From: Chloroflexota bacterium
GTDB lineage: Bacteria > Chloroflexota > Limnocylindria > Limnocylindrales > CSP1-4
Direction of reading: 5' to 3'
NCBI GenBank assembly: GCA_046328155.1
Contig: JAXLXC010000021.1
Coordinates: forward strand, 715 to 64,714
Length of the DNA stretch: 64,000 bases
How positions within the stretch are numbered: position 1 is the stretch's first letter; each line of letters opens with the position of its first letter. The translations under genes and the position numbers were made by a program. Below are positions 1-8,336 of the stretch, piece after piece. Under the pieces are notes generated by a model that worked only from the letters and a program-made list of their open reading frames with translations, did not search any database and was not told the DNA's origin.

Positions 1-519
1 TATCGGACCGAGGCCGTGCGCAACGACCCGCCGCCGGTCCAGGACCACCTGCCCATCCTCATCGGCGGCACGGGCCGCAAGGTGACGCTCAAGCTCGCGG
101 CGCAGTACGCCGACCTGTACAACATGGGCAACGGCGACATCGACGATGCGCGGGACGTCGACGCGACGCTGGTGGCCCACTGCCAGGCCGTGGGCCGCGA
201 CGAGCGCGAGATCGAACGGACCATCGAGCTCCAGCGGGTGGTCATCCGCGACACCCGCGCGGAGGCGCTCCGGGTCCAGGACGAGATCCTGGCCGTCAAC
301 GGCGGTGCCGTGGTGGGCGAGGACCGACCCAAGTCCGCGGACATCGGGGCCGAGCGGGGCTGCGTGGGCACCGTGGACGACGTGGTCGACCATATCCGGC
401 CCTATGTCGAGCTGGGCTATCGCCACCTCATCTGCTGCTTCCCCTCGCCGTTCGACGAGGAGTCCATGACGCGCATGGCCACCCAGGTGCGACCGCGTCT
501 AGAGGCGCTCATCGGCTGA
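1..519 (+). CDS. LLM-class (luciferase-like) F420-dependent oxidoreductase, C-terminal part; 5' end lies outside the window
   Basis: The frame is open from nt 1. 'LPILIGGTGRKVTLKLAAQYADLYN' and 'VVDHIRPYVELGYRHLICCF' resemble the luciferase-like monooxygenase fold and the intact paralog at 14098-14985. Confidence 0.7.
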   Translation, partial: YRTEAVRNDPPPVQDHLPILIGGTGRKVTLKLAAQYADLYNMGNGDIDDARDVDATLVAHCQAVGRDEREIERTIELQRVVIRDTRAEALRVQDEILAVNGGAVVGEDRPKSADIGAERGCVGTVDDVVDHIRPYVELGYRHLICCFPSPFDEESMTRMATQVRPRLEALIG

Positions 520-531
520 CCCGGGAGAGCC

Positions 532-568
532 GACTGCCGGACGAAGGCCTCGCCCACGTCCGGCAGTC
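532..568 (+). terminator. Candidate stem-loop 13 nt after the stop of the LLM gene
   Basis: Perfect 11-bp inverted repeat gactgccggac (532-542) / gtccggcagtc (558-568) with a 15-nt loop. No U-tract follows. Confidence 0.35.
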
Positions 569-745
569 CGACCGGTATCGACGACGCCGGGGCACGTCGG
601 TCGTCCATCGATGGGCACACGGTAGCCAGCGGCTCTTATCGCGCGCTTATGCGGTGTGTCCACGACGAGCGCCGCGGGTCCCCCATGGTCATGGTCAGAT
701 ATGGGGGATCGACTGGGCCCCCATCCGTTGGCATCGTGCGGCGCG

Positions 746-1189
746 ATGAGACGCCCGACGCGGGTCCAGGTCTACGAGGGCCTGTATCGCTCGCAGGCAG
801 ACGAGCTGTTCCGCGCCGACGCCGCCGAGGCTGCGCGGCATGGCTGGCGCGCCGTCGACGAGGGCCGCTGGAACGGCGAGCAGCTCTCGGTCACCTTCGT
901 CCATGACGGTCCCGGCCGGAAGGGCGGTGCGCCCCGTGCCGCCAAGCCCGCCACGCCCGTCGCGGACCCGGGTGGCGCCAAGCCGCGCTCGCGGTCCCGT
1001 CGGTTCGCCAGCGCACTCGTCCAGACCACGGTGCTCGTCGCACTGGTCGTCGCAGTCCTCGTGGCCATCGTGGGCGTCGCGCTCATCGCTGACGTGGGCA
1101 ACATCCGGCAGATGGCCGAGGACCTGCCCAAGCCCATCCCGCGGCTGGTCAAGGACTATCTGGAGTGGGTCAAGTCCATGCGCGGCTGA
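746..1189 (+). CDS. Hypothetical protein with one C-terminal transmembrane helix
   Basis: ORF 656-1189. Hydrophobic stretch 'TTVLVALVVAVLVAIVGVALIA'. The start is uncertain (ATG at 656, 701 or 746). No recognisable family. Confidence 0.45.
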   Translation: MRRPTRVQVYEGLYRSQADELFRADAAEAARHGWRAVDEGRWNGEQLSVTFVHDGPGRKGGAPRAAKPATPVADPGGAKPRSRSRRFASALVQTTVLVALVVAVLVAIVGVALIADVGNIRQMAEDLPKPIPRLVKDYLEWVKSMRG

Positions 1190-1421
1190 CGCGGGGCGCG
1201 ATCCGGACGCAAGCGCCACGTAAGGATCAGATAAGAGCCGACCGCTAGGCTGGTCCTCGACCGCTCGGCCTCGACGCCCCTTGGCCACACGACCGAACAG
1301 GGCGCCGGGTGCCGGTCGGTCTCCCGTTCGACCCAAGGTCCGCCGAACCCGCCAGGGGCCCCGCCGAACGGCCCGCCGAACCAACGCTCACCCGCCTCCG
1401 CCCGCCGGCTGGAGGTCGTCC

Positions 1422-2165
1422 ATGGAACCGGTCGCTCCCGACTGGCGCTCGATCGGGGCTCCCCCCGCGCAGCCGGGCGTGCAGCCCGGCTCTGGCCGTG
1501 CGCTGGCTGCGCTGCCCGCGCGACAGCTCGCCCTTCTCGCGGGCGGCTTCGTGGCTGCCCTGGTGCTGGGCGCGATGGCCACGCTGCTGGTCATGCCCAC
1601 GCCGGGTGGCGTGCTCGTGGACGCACAGGACGCGGCTGTCATCACGCTCGACGCCGGGGAGCCGCCACGCGACGCGAGCACGCGGGGCGTGGATGCCGTG
1701 ACGCTCGCCCAACCGGCCGCGCTCGTGGTGGACGTGGAGGGCGCCGTGGCGCGACCCGGCCTGGTCCACGTGCCGGCCGGCGGACGCGTCGCGGACGCGC
1801 TCGAGCTGGCGGGTGGCTTCGGGCCGACCGTGGACCTCGCAGCGGCCGCGACGACGCTCAACCTCGCCCAGGAGGTCACCGACGGGCTCACGATCGTCGT
1901 GCCGGCGATGGGCGACACGCCCGTCGGCGCGACGGGTGGCGCCGCGGACCCCGTGGGCGCTGCGGCGGGCGGGGTCGTCGACCTCAACCGGGCCTCGGAG
2001 GCCGAGCTCGACGCACTGCCTGGCGTGGGCCCGGCGACGATCGCCAAGATCGTGGCGGCACGTGCGGAGGCCCCCTTCCAGAGCGTCGACGAGCTCCGCT
2101 CGCGGGGCATCGTGGGCGAGGCCGCGATGACCAAGCTGCGCGACCTCGTCGGCGTCGGTCGCTGA
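1422..2165 (+). CDS. comEA: ComEA-family DNA-binding competence protein (SLBB plus helix-hairpin-helix)
   Basis: C-terminal HhH 'VDLNRASEAELDALPGVGPATIAKIVAAR'. N-terminal TM segment. ATG at 1422 is preceded by GGAGG. Lies immediately upstream of comEC. Confidence 0.85.
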   Translation: MEPVAPDWRSIGAPPAQPGVQPGSGRALAALPARQLALLAGGFVAALVLGAMATLLVMPTPGGVLVDAQDAAVITLDAGEPPRDASTRGVDAVTLAQPAALVVDVEGAVARPGLVHVPAGGRVADALELAGGFGPTVDLAAAATTLNLAQEVTDGLTIVVPAMGDTPVGATGGAADPVGAAAGGVVDLNRASEAELDALPGVGPATIAKIVAARAEAPFQSVDELRSRGIVGEAAMTKLRDLVGVGR

Positions 2166-2185
2166 CGCAGCCTGGTCGAACCTCC

Positions 2186-5068
2186 ATGCCCCGCAGCGGC
2201 TGGCTCGCGCTCGGCGCCGTGGCGTGCGGCGTCGCCTGCGGCGCAGTCCCGGCACCGAGCCAGCCACTCCTGCTGCTGCTGCTGGCGGCATGCGTCGCCA
2301 GCGCGGCCGCCATGACGCTGGTGCGGCGCACCGCCGGCATCGCGGTGACCGTGGGTGCCGCGAGCGTCCTGGCGCGGCTCCTGCTGGGCGGGCTGGCGGC
2401 CGAGCCCGTCGCGCCCCCACCCGCGGGCGCGACCGAGGGTCCCTGGGTCGCCCAGGTCGTCACCCTCGGCTCCACCGATGGCGGGCAGCAGCGGAGCGTC
2501 CTGCTGGTGAGCGCGCCGGATTCGGCGACCGGCACGGGCGGGCGCCAGGGGCCGTGGCGCACGTACGCCTGGCTGCCACGATATCCAGCCCTGGTGCCCG
2601 GCGATCGGATCGCCTTCGACGAACCCCTGGAACCGGTCCGTCACGATGGCAGCGAGTTCGCCGCGTATCTGGACGGCATCGGCGCGGTCGCCACGACCCG
2701 CATCCGCGACGTGGCCCTGGTCGGCGACCAGGGCGGTCTCCTTGGCGTCGCGGAGTCGATCCGGCGGCTCGCGGACGAAGCGCTGGCCCGGGTGGTCCCG
2801 GAGCCCATGGCCGGGCTCGCCTCGGCGATCCTGGTGGGACGGCGCGACCGGGTCGCCCGAGAGGTGACCGATGCGTTCACGGCCACCGGCCTGAGCCATG
2901 TCGTGGCCATCAGCGGCTGGAACATCGCGCTCATCGGCGGGGTCATCGGCGGCCTCCTGGCGGCCATGGGTCTGGGCAGGCGTCAGCGGACCATCGCCAT
3001 CGTGGTCGCGCTCGGCGCGTTCACCCTGCTCGCGGGTGGCGGGGCAAGCGTGGTCCGTGCGGCGCTGATGGGTGGCGTGGTGCTCGTGGCGCGGGAGATG
3101 GGCCGGCCCGGCACGGCGGCCGCCGCGCTGGGGCTCGCGACGTGGTGCCTGCTCCTCCTCGACCCGGCGATGGCCAGCGACATCGGGTTCCAGCTGTCCG
3201 TCGCCGCCACGGCCGGCCTGCTCGCCTGGGGCAGCCGCCTCACGCAGCGGCTGCTGGGGTCTGGGCCCGGACCCGTCCGGCGCTGGCTCGGCGAGTCGCT
3301 GGGCGTCTCGCTCGCGGCGCAGGCGGCGACCCTGCCGTTGGTGCTGCTCCACTTCGGTCGACTGTCACTGGTGTCACCGCTCGCCAACCTGGTCATCGCG
3401 CCGCTGGTGGCGCCTGCGATGCTGGTCGGGTCCCTGTGCCTCGTGGCGGGTCTGGTGGTGGGCGCCGGCGTGCCGGCCATCCTCGCGGCGCCCTTCGCCG
3501 TCCTCGGCTGGGCGGTCCTGGGCTCGATGGTCGCCGTGGCGGGCGCGTTCGCCGGCCTCCCCTACGCCAGCGTCGAGCTCGCACCGGCGGTGGCAACGGC
3601 GAGCGCGGTGGCCATGGCGCTGGCGGTGGGTGGCGTCGCGTGGCGCGCGCGCGGATCGGGCACGCAGCCATCGACGTCCGATGCCGTGGTGCCCCGGCGT
3701 GACGCACGCACCCTCCCCGCCCGCACCAGGCGGCTCGTGATGTGCGCGGCCGGCGTGGCGATGCTGCTGGTGGGTGCGGGCGTGCTCGTGCGTGCCGTCA
3801 CGCGCGACGCGCGGCTCGTGGTCACCGCGCTCGACGTGGGCCAGGGCGACTCCATCCTGGTCGAGGGCCCACGCGGCGGGCGGCTGCTGCTGGACGGTGG
3901 CCCCGACCCCGACCGATTGCTGCTGGTCCTCGACCGGCATGTCCCGGCGTGGGACCGACGCATCGACCTCGTCATCCTGACCCATCCCCACGAGGATCAC
4001 GTCGCCGGCCTGGCGATGCTCCTGGCGCGCTACCGGGTGGCGGGGATCGCGGAGAACGGGATGCTGGGCGCGGGACCGGGCGACGCCGCGTTCCGCCAGC
4101 GACTCGCCGCGATGGGCGTGACCACCAGCCGGCTCGCGGCCGGCGACCATCTGACGCTCGACGGGATCCGTCTCGACGTGCGCTGGCCCATCCGCGGCGA
4201 GGTGCCCGCGCGGTCGCCATCCGAGGGCCGGCGGATCAACGACACGTCCGTCGTGCTCGACCTTCGGTTCGGGGAGCGGCGGATCCTGCTGACCGGCGAC
4301 ATCGAGGACGACGTGGACCCGCGCCTGCTGTCCGCGGGCATCGGCGACGACGACCGGCTCGATGTCCTCAAGGTCGCCCACCATGGCTCCGGGACGGCCA
4401 CCTCGGAGGCCTGGCTCGACGCCCTCAGACCACGCGTCGCCCTCGTCAGCGCGGGGACCGGCAACCCCTACGGCCATCCCGCGCCCAGGACCATCGAGCG
4501 GCTCGAGACGCACGGCGCCCGGGTGCTCCGCACCGACCTCGACGGCGACCTGGAGGTCAGCACCGACGGGCACGACCTCCGGGTCGCGACGTCCGGTGGC
4601 CGGTCCACCGCCGCGGCATGGACCAGCACCAGCCCGACGACCCGCAACGCGAGGCGCACGATCCGCGGCGCGGCGTCACCGGCCCCCGTCGCCGCCGTGG
4701 GCGCACCCACCGTGGCGACGGGTCTGTTCCTGTGCGCCATCCCCCTGCCGGTCGCACGGCTCGCGGCGCTTGGCGCCCCGGAGGCGCCGCATCCCGCGCA
4801 GGGTCGCCGGGTGCCCGCTGCGGCCCCTCCCCCGATGCCCGGCTCGCCCACCGCGGGCGACCCGCCCCTGCCTTGCTACGATCGCACCGATGACGATCCC
4901 CTCACGGCTGGCGGCGGCCGGACTGTTGCTCTCGCTCCGGCCGGCGACGGGCCTCCTGGAGCACTGCATGGTCACCGCGGACGTCGCGTCGTTCCTGGCG
5001 GAGGCGATGGCTCGCGCGGGCCACCCGGTCGACCGCACGCTGGTCGAGACCGCGTCGCTGCTGCATGA
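2186..5068 (+). CDS. comEC: ComEC/Rec2 DNA internalisation channel with metallo-beta-lactamase domain
   Basis: 'LSHVVAISGWNIALIGG' competence domain. MBL motifs 'LDVGQGDSILV', 'LTHPHEDHVAGL', 'KVAHHGS'. The last ~150 codons are low-complexity and overlap the next gene. Confidence 0.85.
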   Translation: MPRSGWLALGAVACGVACGAVPAPSQPLLLLLLAACVASAAAMTLVRRTAGIAVTVGAASVLARLLLGGLAAEPVAPPPAGATEGPWVAQVVTLGSTDGGQQRSVLLVSAPDSATGTGGRQGPWRTYAWLPRYPALVPGDRIAFDEPLEPVRHDGSEFAAYLDGIGAVATTRIRDVALVGDQGGLLGVAESIRRLADEALARVVPEPMAGLASAILVGRRDRVAREVTDAFTATGLSHVVAISGWNIALIGGVIGGLLAAMGLGRRQRTIAIVVALGAFTLLAGGGASVVRAALMGGVVLVAREMGRPGTAAAALGLATWCLLLLDPAMASDIGFQLSVAATAGLLAWGSRLTQRLLGSGPGPVRRWLGESLGVSLAAQAATLPLVLLHFGRLSLVSPLANLVIAPLVAPAMLVGSLCLVAGLVVGAGVPAILAAPFAVLGWAVLGSMVAVAGAFAGLPYASVELAPAVATASAVAMALAVGGVAWRARGSGTQPSTSDAVVPRRDARTLPARTRRLVMCAAGVAMLLVGAGVLVRAVTRDARLVVTALDVGQGDSILVEGPRGGRLLLDGGPDPDRLLLVLDRHVPAWDRRIDLVILTHPHEDHVAGLAMLLARYRVAGIAENGMLGAGPGDAAFRQRLAAMGVTTSRLAAGDHLTLDGIRLDVRWPIRGEVPARSPSEGRRINDTSVVLDLRFGERRILLTGDIEDDVDPRLLSAGIGDDDRLDVLKVAHHGSGTATSEAWLDALRPRVALVSAGTGNPYGHPAPRTIERLETHGARVLRTDLDGDLEVSTDGHDLRVATSGGRSTAAAWTSTSPTTRNARRTIRGAASPAPVAAVGAPTVATGLFLCAIPLPVARLAALGAPEAPHPAQGRRVPAAAPPPMPGSPTAGDPPLPCYDRTDDDPLTAGGGRTVALAPAGDGPPGALHGHRGRRVVPGGGDGSRGPPGRPHAGRDRVAAA

Positions 5069-5498
5069 CCTGGACAAGGCACTGCCGGCGGATGATCCGC
5101 TCCGGGCGCTGGGCCATGGCCATGCCGGCGCGCGTTGGCTGGAGGAGCGCGGCCACGCGGAGCTGGCCCCCTCGGTCGACACGCACCCCGTGGGTCGTCT
5201 CGTCGAGCAGTCCCCCGCCGAGTGGCGCGCCACCACCACGCTCGAGCAGCGTCTCGTGGCATACGCCGACAAGCGCTCCCAGCGACGCGTGGTGACCCTC
5301 GACGAGCGCTTCGATCGCTGGGTCCGCAAGCATCCCGAGGGGGCCGCCGACCTCGCCCTCGCACGGGAACGCGCGGCCGACCTCGAGGCGGAGCTGTGCG
5401 AGCTCGCCGCCGTGCGACCGGACGAGGTGCGGCGGCTCCCGTGGGCCGAGGACGCCGTCCGCATGGCGCGTGCGACCCCGCAGGGACCGCCGTCGTGA
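4890..5498 (+). CDS. HD-domain metal-dependent phosphohydrolase (YqeK-like)
   Basis: 'ASLLHDLDK' HD motif, 'GHGHAGARWLEERGH', 'LVAYADKR'. ATG at 4890 is in frame with ORF 4362-5498. Its TGA overlaps the GTG of holA. Confidence 0.65.
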   Translation: MTIPSRLAAAGLLLSLRPATGLLEHCMVTADVASFLAEAMARAGHPVDRTLVETASLLHDLDKALPADDPLRALGHGHAGARWLEERGHAELAPSVDTHPVGRLVEQSPAEWRATTTLEQRLVAYADKRSQRRVVTLDERFDRWVRKHPEGAADLALARERAADLEAELCELAAVRPDEVRRLPWAEDAVRMARATPQGPPS

Positions 5499-6625
5499 CC
5501 CAGCTCGCCTACCTGTGGGGCGAGGACGCGTGGTCCATCGACCATGCGGCCGCCGGCTGCGCCACGGGACTCGCCGATCCGGGGATGCCGCCACTCGCGA
5601 CATGGCGCGTGTCGCTCGACGACGACACCGATGACACGGGTGCGGGGTCGGTCGCCAAGCGTCGCTCACGCCTCCTCGACGAGGTGGCCGCACGGCTGGG
5701 CACCGCGACCCTGTTCGGCGACGGCACGCTGGTCGTGCTGCGCCAGCCTGGTGGGCTGCTCCGGGAGCAGGCGAGCCGGGAGCGGACCATGGGCCTACTG
5801 GGGCTGGTGGCGCCCGGCAACGCCCTGTGCGTGACCGACCTGGTGGCGCAGGACGCCAAGGACGCCGCAGGGCAGGGGGTGCTGCGCGACGCCGTCGCTG
5901 CGGCGGGCGGGCTGGTCCGCCAGTTCCCGGCCATGGACCGAACGCGCATGGAGGGGTGGCTGGGCACGCGGGCGGCAGACCTGGGGGTCCGTCTCGGCCC
6001 CGGCGCGGCGCAGCTGCTGGCGCAGCGGGTGGGCGCGCACGTCCGCGAGGGCGATGTCGACCGGCGACGCCAATCCGAGCTCGCCAACGCCGAGCTGGAG
6101 AAGCTGGCGCTCTACCGGCCCGGCGGCGAGGTCAGCCGCGACGATGTCGCGGAGCTGGTGCCGGAGGCGATCCCTGGCTCGATGTGGGCGTTCCTCGACG
6201 CGGTCGCCGCGCGTCGCGGGCCAGAGGCCTCCATGCTCGCCACGCGGCTCGCCGCGTCCGGGGCACCGATGCCGGTCATCGTGTCGCAGCTCCATCGACG
6301 GGTGCGGGAGCTCATCCAGGTCCGCGAGCACATGGACCACGGCACGCGGCCACCCGAGCTGGTCCGGGTGATGCGCCTGGCGCCGTTCCGCGCCCAGAAG
6401 CTCACCGAGCAGGCATCGACCTGGGATGCGGACGCACTCGACCGGGCGCTCCTGGGACTGGTGGAGCTCGACCTGCGGAGCAAGGGCATCAGCCTGTCCG
6501 GGGGCGTGGTGCGCATGGATGATTCGGTCGATGCCCTGGGGCTCCAGCTCTGGATCGCGGAGCATGCGAGCGCGCCCCGGGCCCGCACGTCGCAACGGCC
6601 CACGGCTGTCGGCCGACGCGGCTGA
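5495..6625 (+). CDS. holA: DNA polymerase III delta subunit
   Basis: The GTG at 5495 overlaps the upstream stop (GTGA). 'LYRPGGEVSRDDVAELVPEAIPGSMWAFLDAV' and 'PFRAQKLTEQA' are typical delta-subunit segments. Conserved comEC-holA synteny. Confidence 0.8.
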   Translation: MTQLAYLWGEDAWSIDHAAAGCATGLADPGMPPLATWRVSLDDDTDDTGAGSVAKRRSRLLDEVAARLGTATLFGDGTLVVLRQPGGLLREQASRERTMGLLGLVAPGNALCVTDLVAQDAKDAAGQGVLRDAVAAAGGLVRQFPAMDRTRMEGWLGTRAADLGVRLGPGAAQLLAQRVGAHVREGDVDRRRQSELANAELEKLALYRPGGEVSRDDVAELVPEAIPGSMWAFLDAVAARRGPEASMLATRLAASGAPMPVIVSQLHRRVRELIQVREHMDHGTRPPELVRVMRLAPFRAQKLTEQASTWDADALDRALLGLVELDLRSKGISLSGGVVRMDDSVDALGLQLWIAEHASAPRARTSQRPTAVGRRG

Positions 6626-6647
6626 GCCCTGCGGGAGCCGTCAGCCG
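6619..6647. terminator. Candidate bidirectional stem-loop between convergent genes
   Basis: cggctga (6619-6625, includes the holA stop) pairs with tcagccg (6641-6647). 15-nt loop. Confidence 0.3.
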
Positions 6648-6672
6648 AGGGAGTCGCCAGGCCTGGGGGACG

Positions 6673-6939
6673 TCAGTCCAGGAACAGGCCGCTGACCCGC
6701 GCCACGCGCTCGCGCACCTCGCGGTCGGTCTCGATGGCGAACACGCAGCGCCCGTCCGGGATGTCCAGGAGCTCGATCAGGTCGGGGTCGAGATACAGCT
6801 GGTGGCAGTGCTCGCACAGCGATGCGGGGATCGCGAAGCGCAGCCGCTCCTCGCCGTCGGGCATCCGGAAGGTCGCGTCGAACCGTGAGTCGACGATCGA
6901 CCGATCGCACTGAGGACAGGTGTCCCGGAGCTGGGACAT
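6673..6939 (-). CDS. Small hypothetical protein with a CxxC...CxxC zinc-ribbon-like motif
   Basis: 88 aa. 'CPQCDRS' and 'CEHCHQ' are 35 residues apart. No family recognised. Confidence 0.5.
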   Translation of the reverse strand: MSQLRDTCPQCDRSIVDSRFDATFRMPDGEERLRFAIPASLCEHCHQLYLDPDLIELLDIPDGRCVFAIETDREVRERVARVSGLFLD

Positions 6940-7101
6940 GGCAGGCGACTTCCTCGGTTGCCCCGGCCGGCATCTCCGGTCGGCGAGGTCCCGATCCTAG
7001 GTCGCGGCAGGTACCACGCCCTATGGGCCGCAGGTACCGCCAGCCATCAGCCGAAGGGCCCACCACCTCGACCGAGCGGGCCGGACGTCCCTGACCGACC
7101 C

Positions 7102-7599
7102 TCACTGCACATGCAGCAGCAGCGGGGCGTCGGACCACAGCTGCTCCAGCTGGTAGTACTCGCGCTCGGGTGGCGCCATCACGTGGACCACCACCGAGCC
7201 GTAGTCGATGAGCGCCCAGTGCGCCGAGGGGCCGCCCTCGCGCCCGATCGGCTGGAGGTCCTCGTCCTTGAGCGCCTCGATGATTCCGCTCGCGATGGCG
7301 CCCAGCTGCCGCTCGGAGCCACCGGAGCAGATGACGAGGTAGTCAGCGACGCTGGTGAGCGCGTGGATGTCCAGGAGCACGATGTCGGACGCCTTCTTGT
7401 CCGCGGCGAGCTCGACGATCCGATGGGCGAGCGCCAGTGCCTGGGGGTCGACCGGGGGCGCCACGCCCACGTCGAGACCCTCCTCGACCCGCGCACGCCC
7501 GGGTCGGCCCTCGCGCGCCGGGAGCCCCGCCCTCCGCCGAGGCGTGGGCGCTGGGCTGGACGGGGCTGGCTGGCTGGCTGGCGTCTGGTCGTCGGTCAT
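7102..7599 (-). CDS. rsfS: Ribosome silencing factor RsfS
   Basis: 'KKASDIVLLDIHALTSVADYLVICSGGSERQLGAIA...HWALIDYGSVVVHVM'. The ATG at 7599 overlaps the nadD stop (ATGA). An alternative ATG lies at 7608. Confidence 0.85.
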   Translation of the reverse strand: MTDDQTPASQPAPSSPAPTPRRRAGLPAREGRPGRARVEEGLDVGVAPPVDPQALALAHRIVELAADKKASDIVLLDIHALTSVADYLVICSGGSERQLGAIASGIIEALKDEDLQPIGREGGPSAHWALIDYGSVVVHVMAPPEREYYQLEQLWSDAPLLLHVQ

Positions 7600-8336
7600 C
7601 GGTCCCATGGTCCCCCATCCGCGGCACGGGTGCCATACAGCGAACGTCTCGCGATCCACGCCCGTACGTCGTCCGGGACGAGGTATCGGATCGAGCGGCC
7701 CGCGGCGACGCGCGTCCTGATGTCCGACGCGGAGTGCCCCAGGTCCGGGCCATCGAGCAGCAGGAACCGATCGGCCCGCCCCGGGAAGGCTGCCGCGAGC
7801 CAGTCGGCCGATGGCGGTGGATAGCCACGACGGGGGACGACGGCCACGCGCGCCAGCTCCAGGATCCGCTCCACGCGATGCCACGCCGGCAGGCCGGCGA
7901 CGGCCTCGACCGACAGGATGAGCACGGGATCCGGTCGGTCGGCCCCCGCGTGGCGCCCCTGCGCGTGGAACGCCTCGAGCGTGTCCACGGTGTAGCTGGG
8001 TCCCTCGCGATCGAGCTCGACGCGGCTCGCCCGGAACCGCTGGTTGCCGGCGATGGCGAGCTCCACCATGGCGATCCGGTCGAGGGCGGGACTTGGGCGC
8101 ACATCCTTGTGCGGGTTCTGGGCGGCGGGCACGAACACCACGCCCTCGAGACCCAAGGTCTCGCAGACCTGCTCGGCGATGGCGAGATGACCCAGGTGGA
8201 TGGGGTCGAACGTGCCCCCCAGGATCCCCCAGGCAGCGCGGCCCGACGGTGCCGCGGAGCCCGACGGTGTCGCGGAACCCGGCCGTGCCACAGCGCCCGA
8301 CGGTGCCGCGGTGCCCGACGAGCCGCTCACGACCAT
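7596..8336 (-). CDS. nadD: Nicotinate-nucleotide adenylyltransferase
   Basis: 'GILGGTFDPIHLGHLAIAEQ' (the (H/T)xGH motif). nadD-rsfS synteny. The N-terminal ~30 aa is an Ala/Pro/Ser/Gly repeat. The start at 8336 overlaps the obg stop. Confidence 0.85.
   Translation of the reverse strand: MVVSGSSGTAAPSGAVARPGSATPSGSAAPSGRAAWGILGGTFDPIHLGHLAIAEQVCETLGLEGVVFVPAAQNPHKDVRPSPALDRIAMVELAIAGNQRFRASRVELDREGPSYTVDTLEAFHAQGRHAGADRPDPVLILSVEAVAGLPAWHRVERILELARVAVVPRRGYPPPSADWLAAAFPGRADRFLLLDGPDLGHSASDIRTRVAAGRSIRYLVPDDVRAWIARRSLYGTRAADGGPWDR

Noticed and set aside
630-1240. An 11-bp inverted repeat cggctcttatc / gataagagccg flanking the hypothetical gene 746-1189. This could hint at a small mobile cassette.
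   Set aside because: An 11-bp match at about 600 bp spacing is expected several times by chance in 64 kb. There is no target-site duplication and no transposase. The only oddity is its relatively AT-rich composition.
1388-3352. 654-codon minus-strand ORF, and similar giants: 33675-36725 (-), 27598-29913 (+), 46823-49117 (+), 58116-59957 (+), 19020-20372 (-).
   Set aside because: These are antisense or out-of-frame shadows of clearly recognisable genes (comEA/comEC, mfd, ABC-2 genes, pgpH/yqeY, FGGY kinase, molybdoenzyme). Their translations are Arg/Pro/Gly/Ala/His-rich with no motifs, which is typical of stop-poor frames in high-GC DNA.
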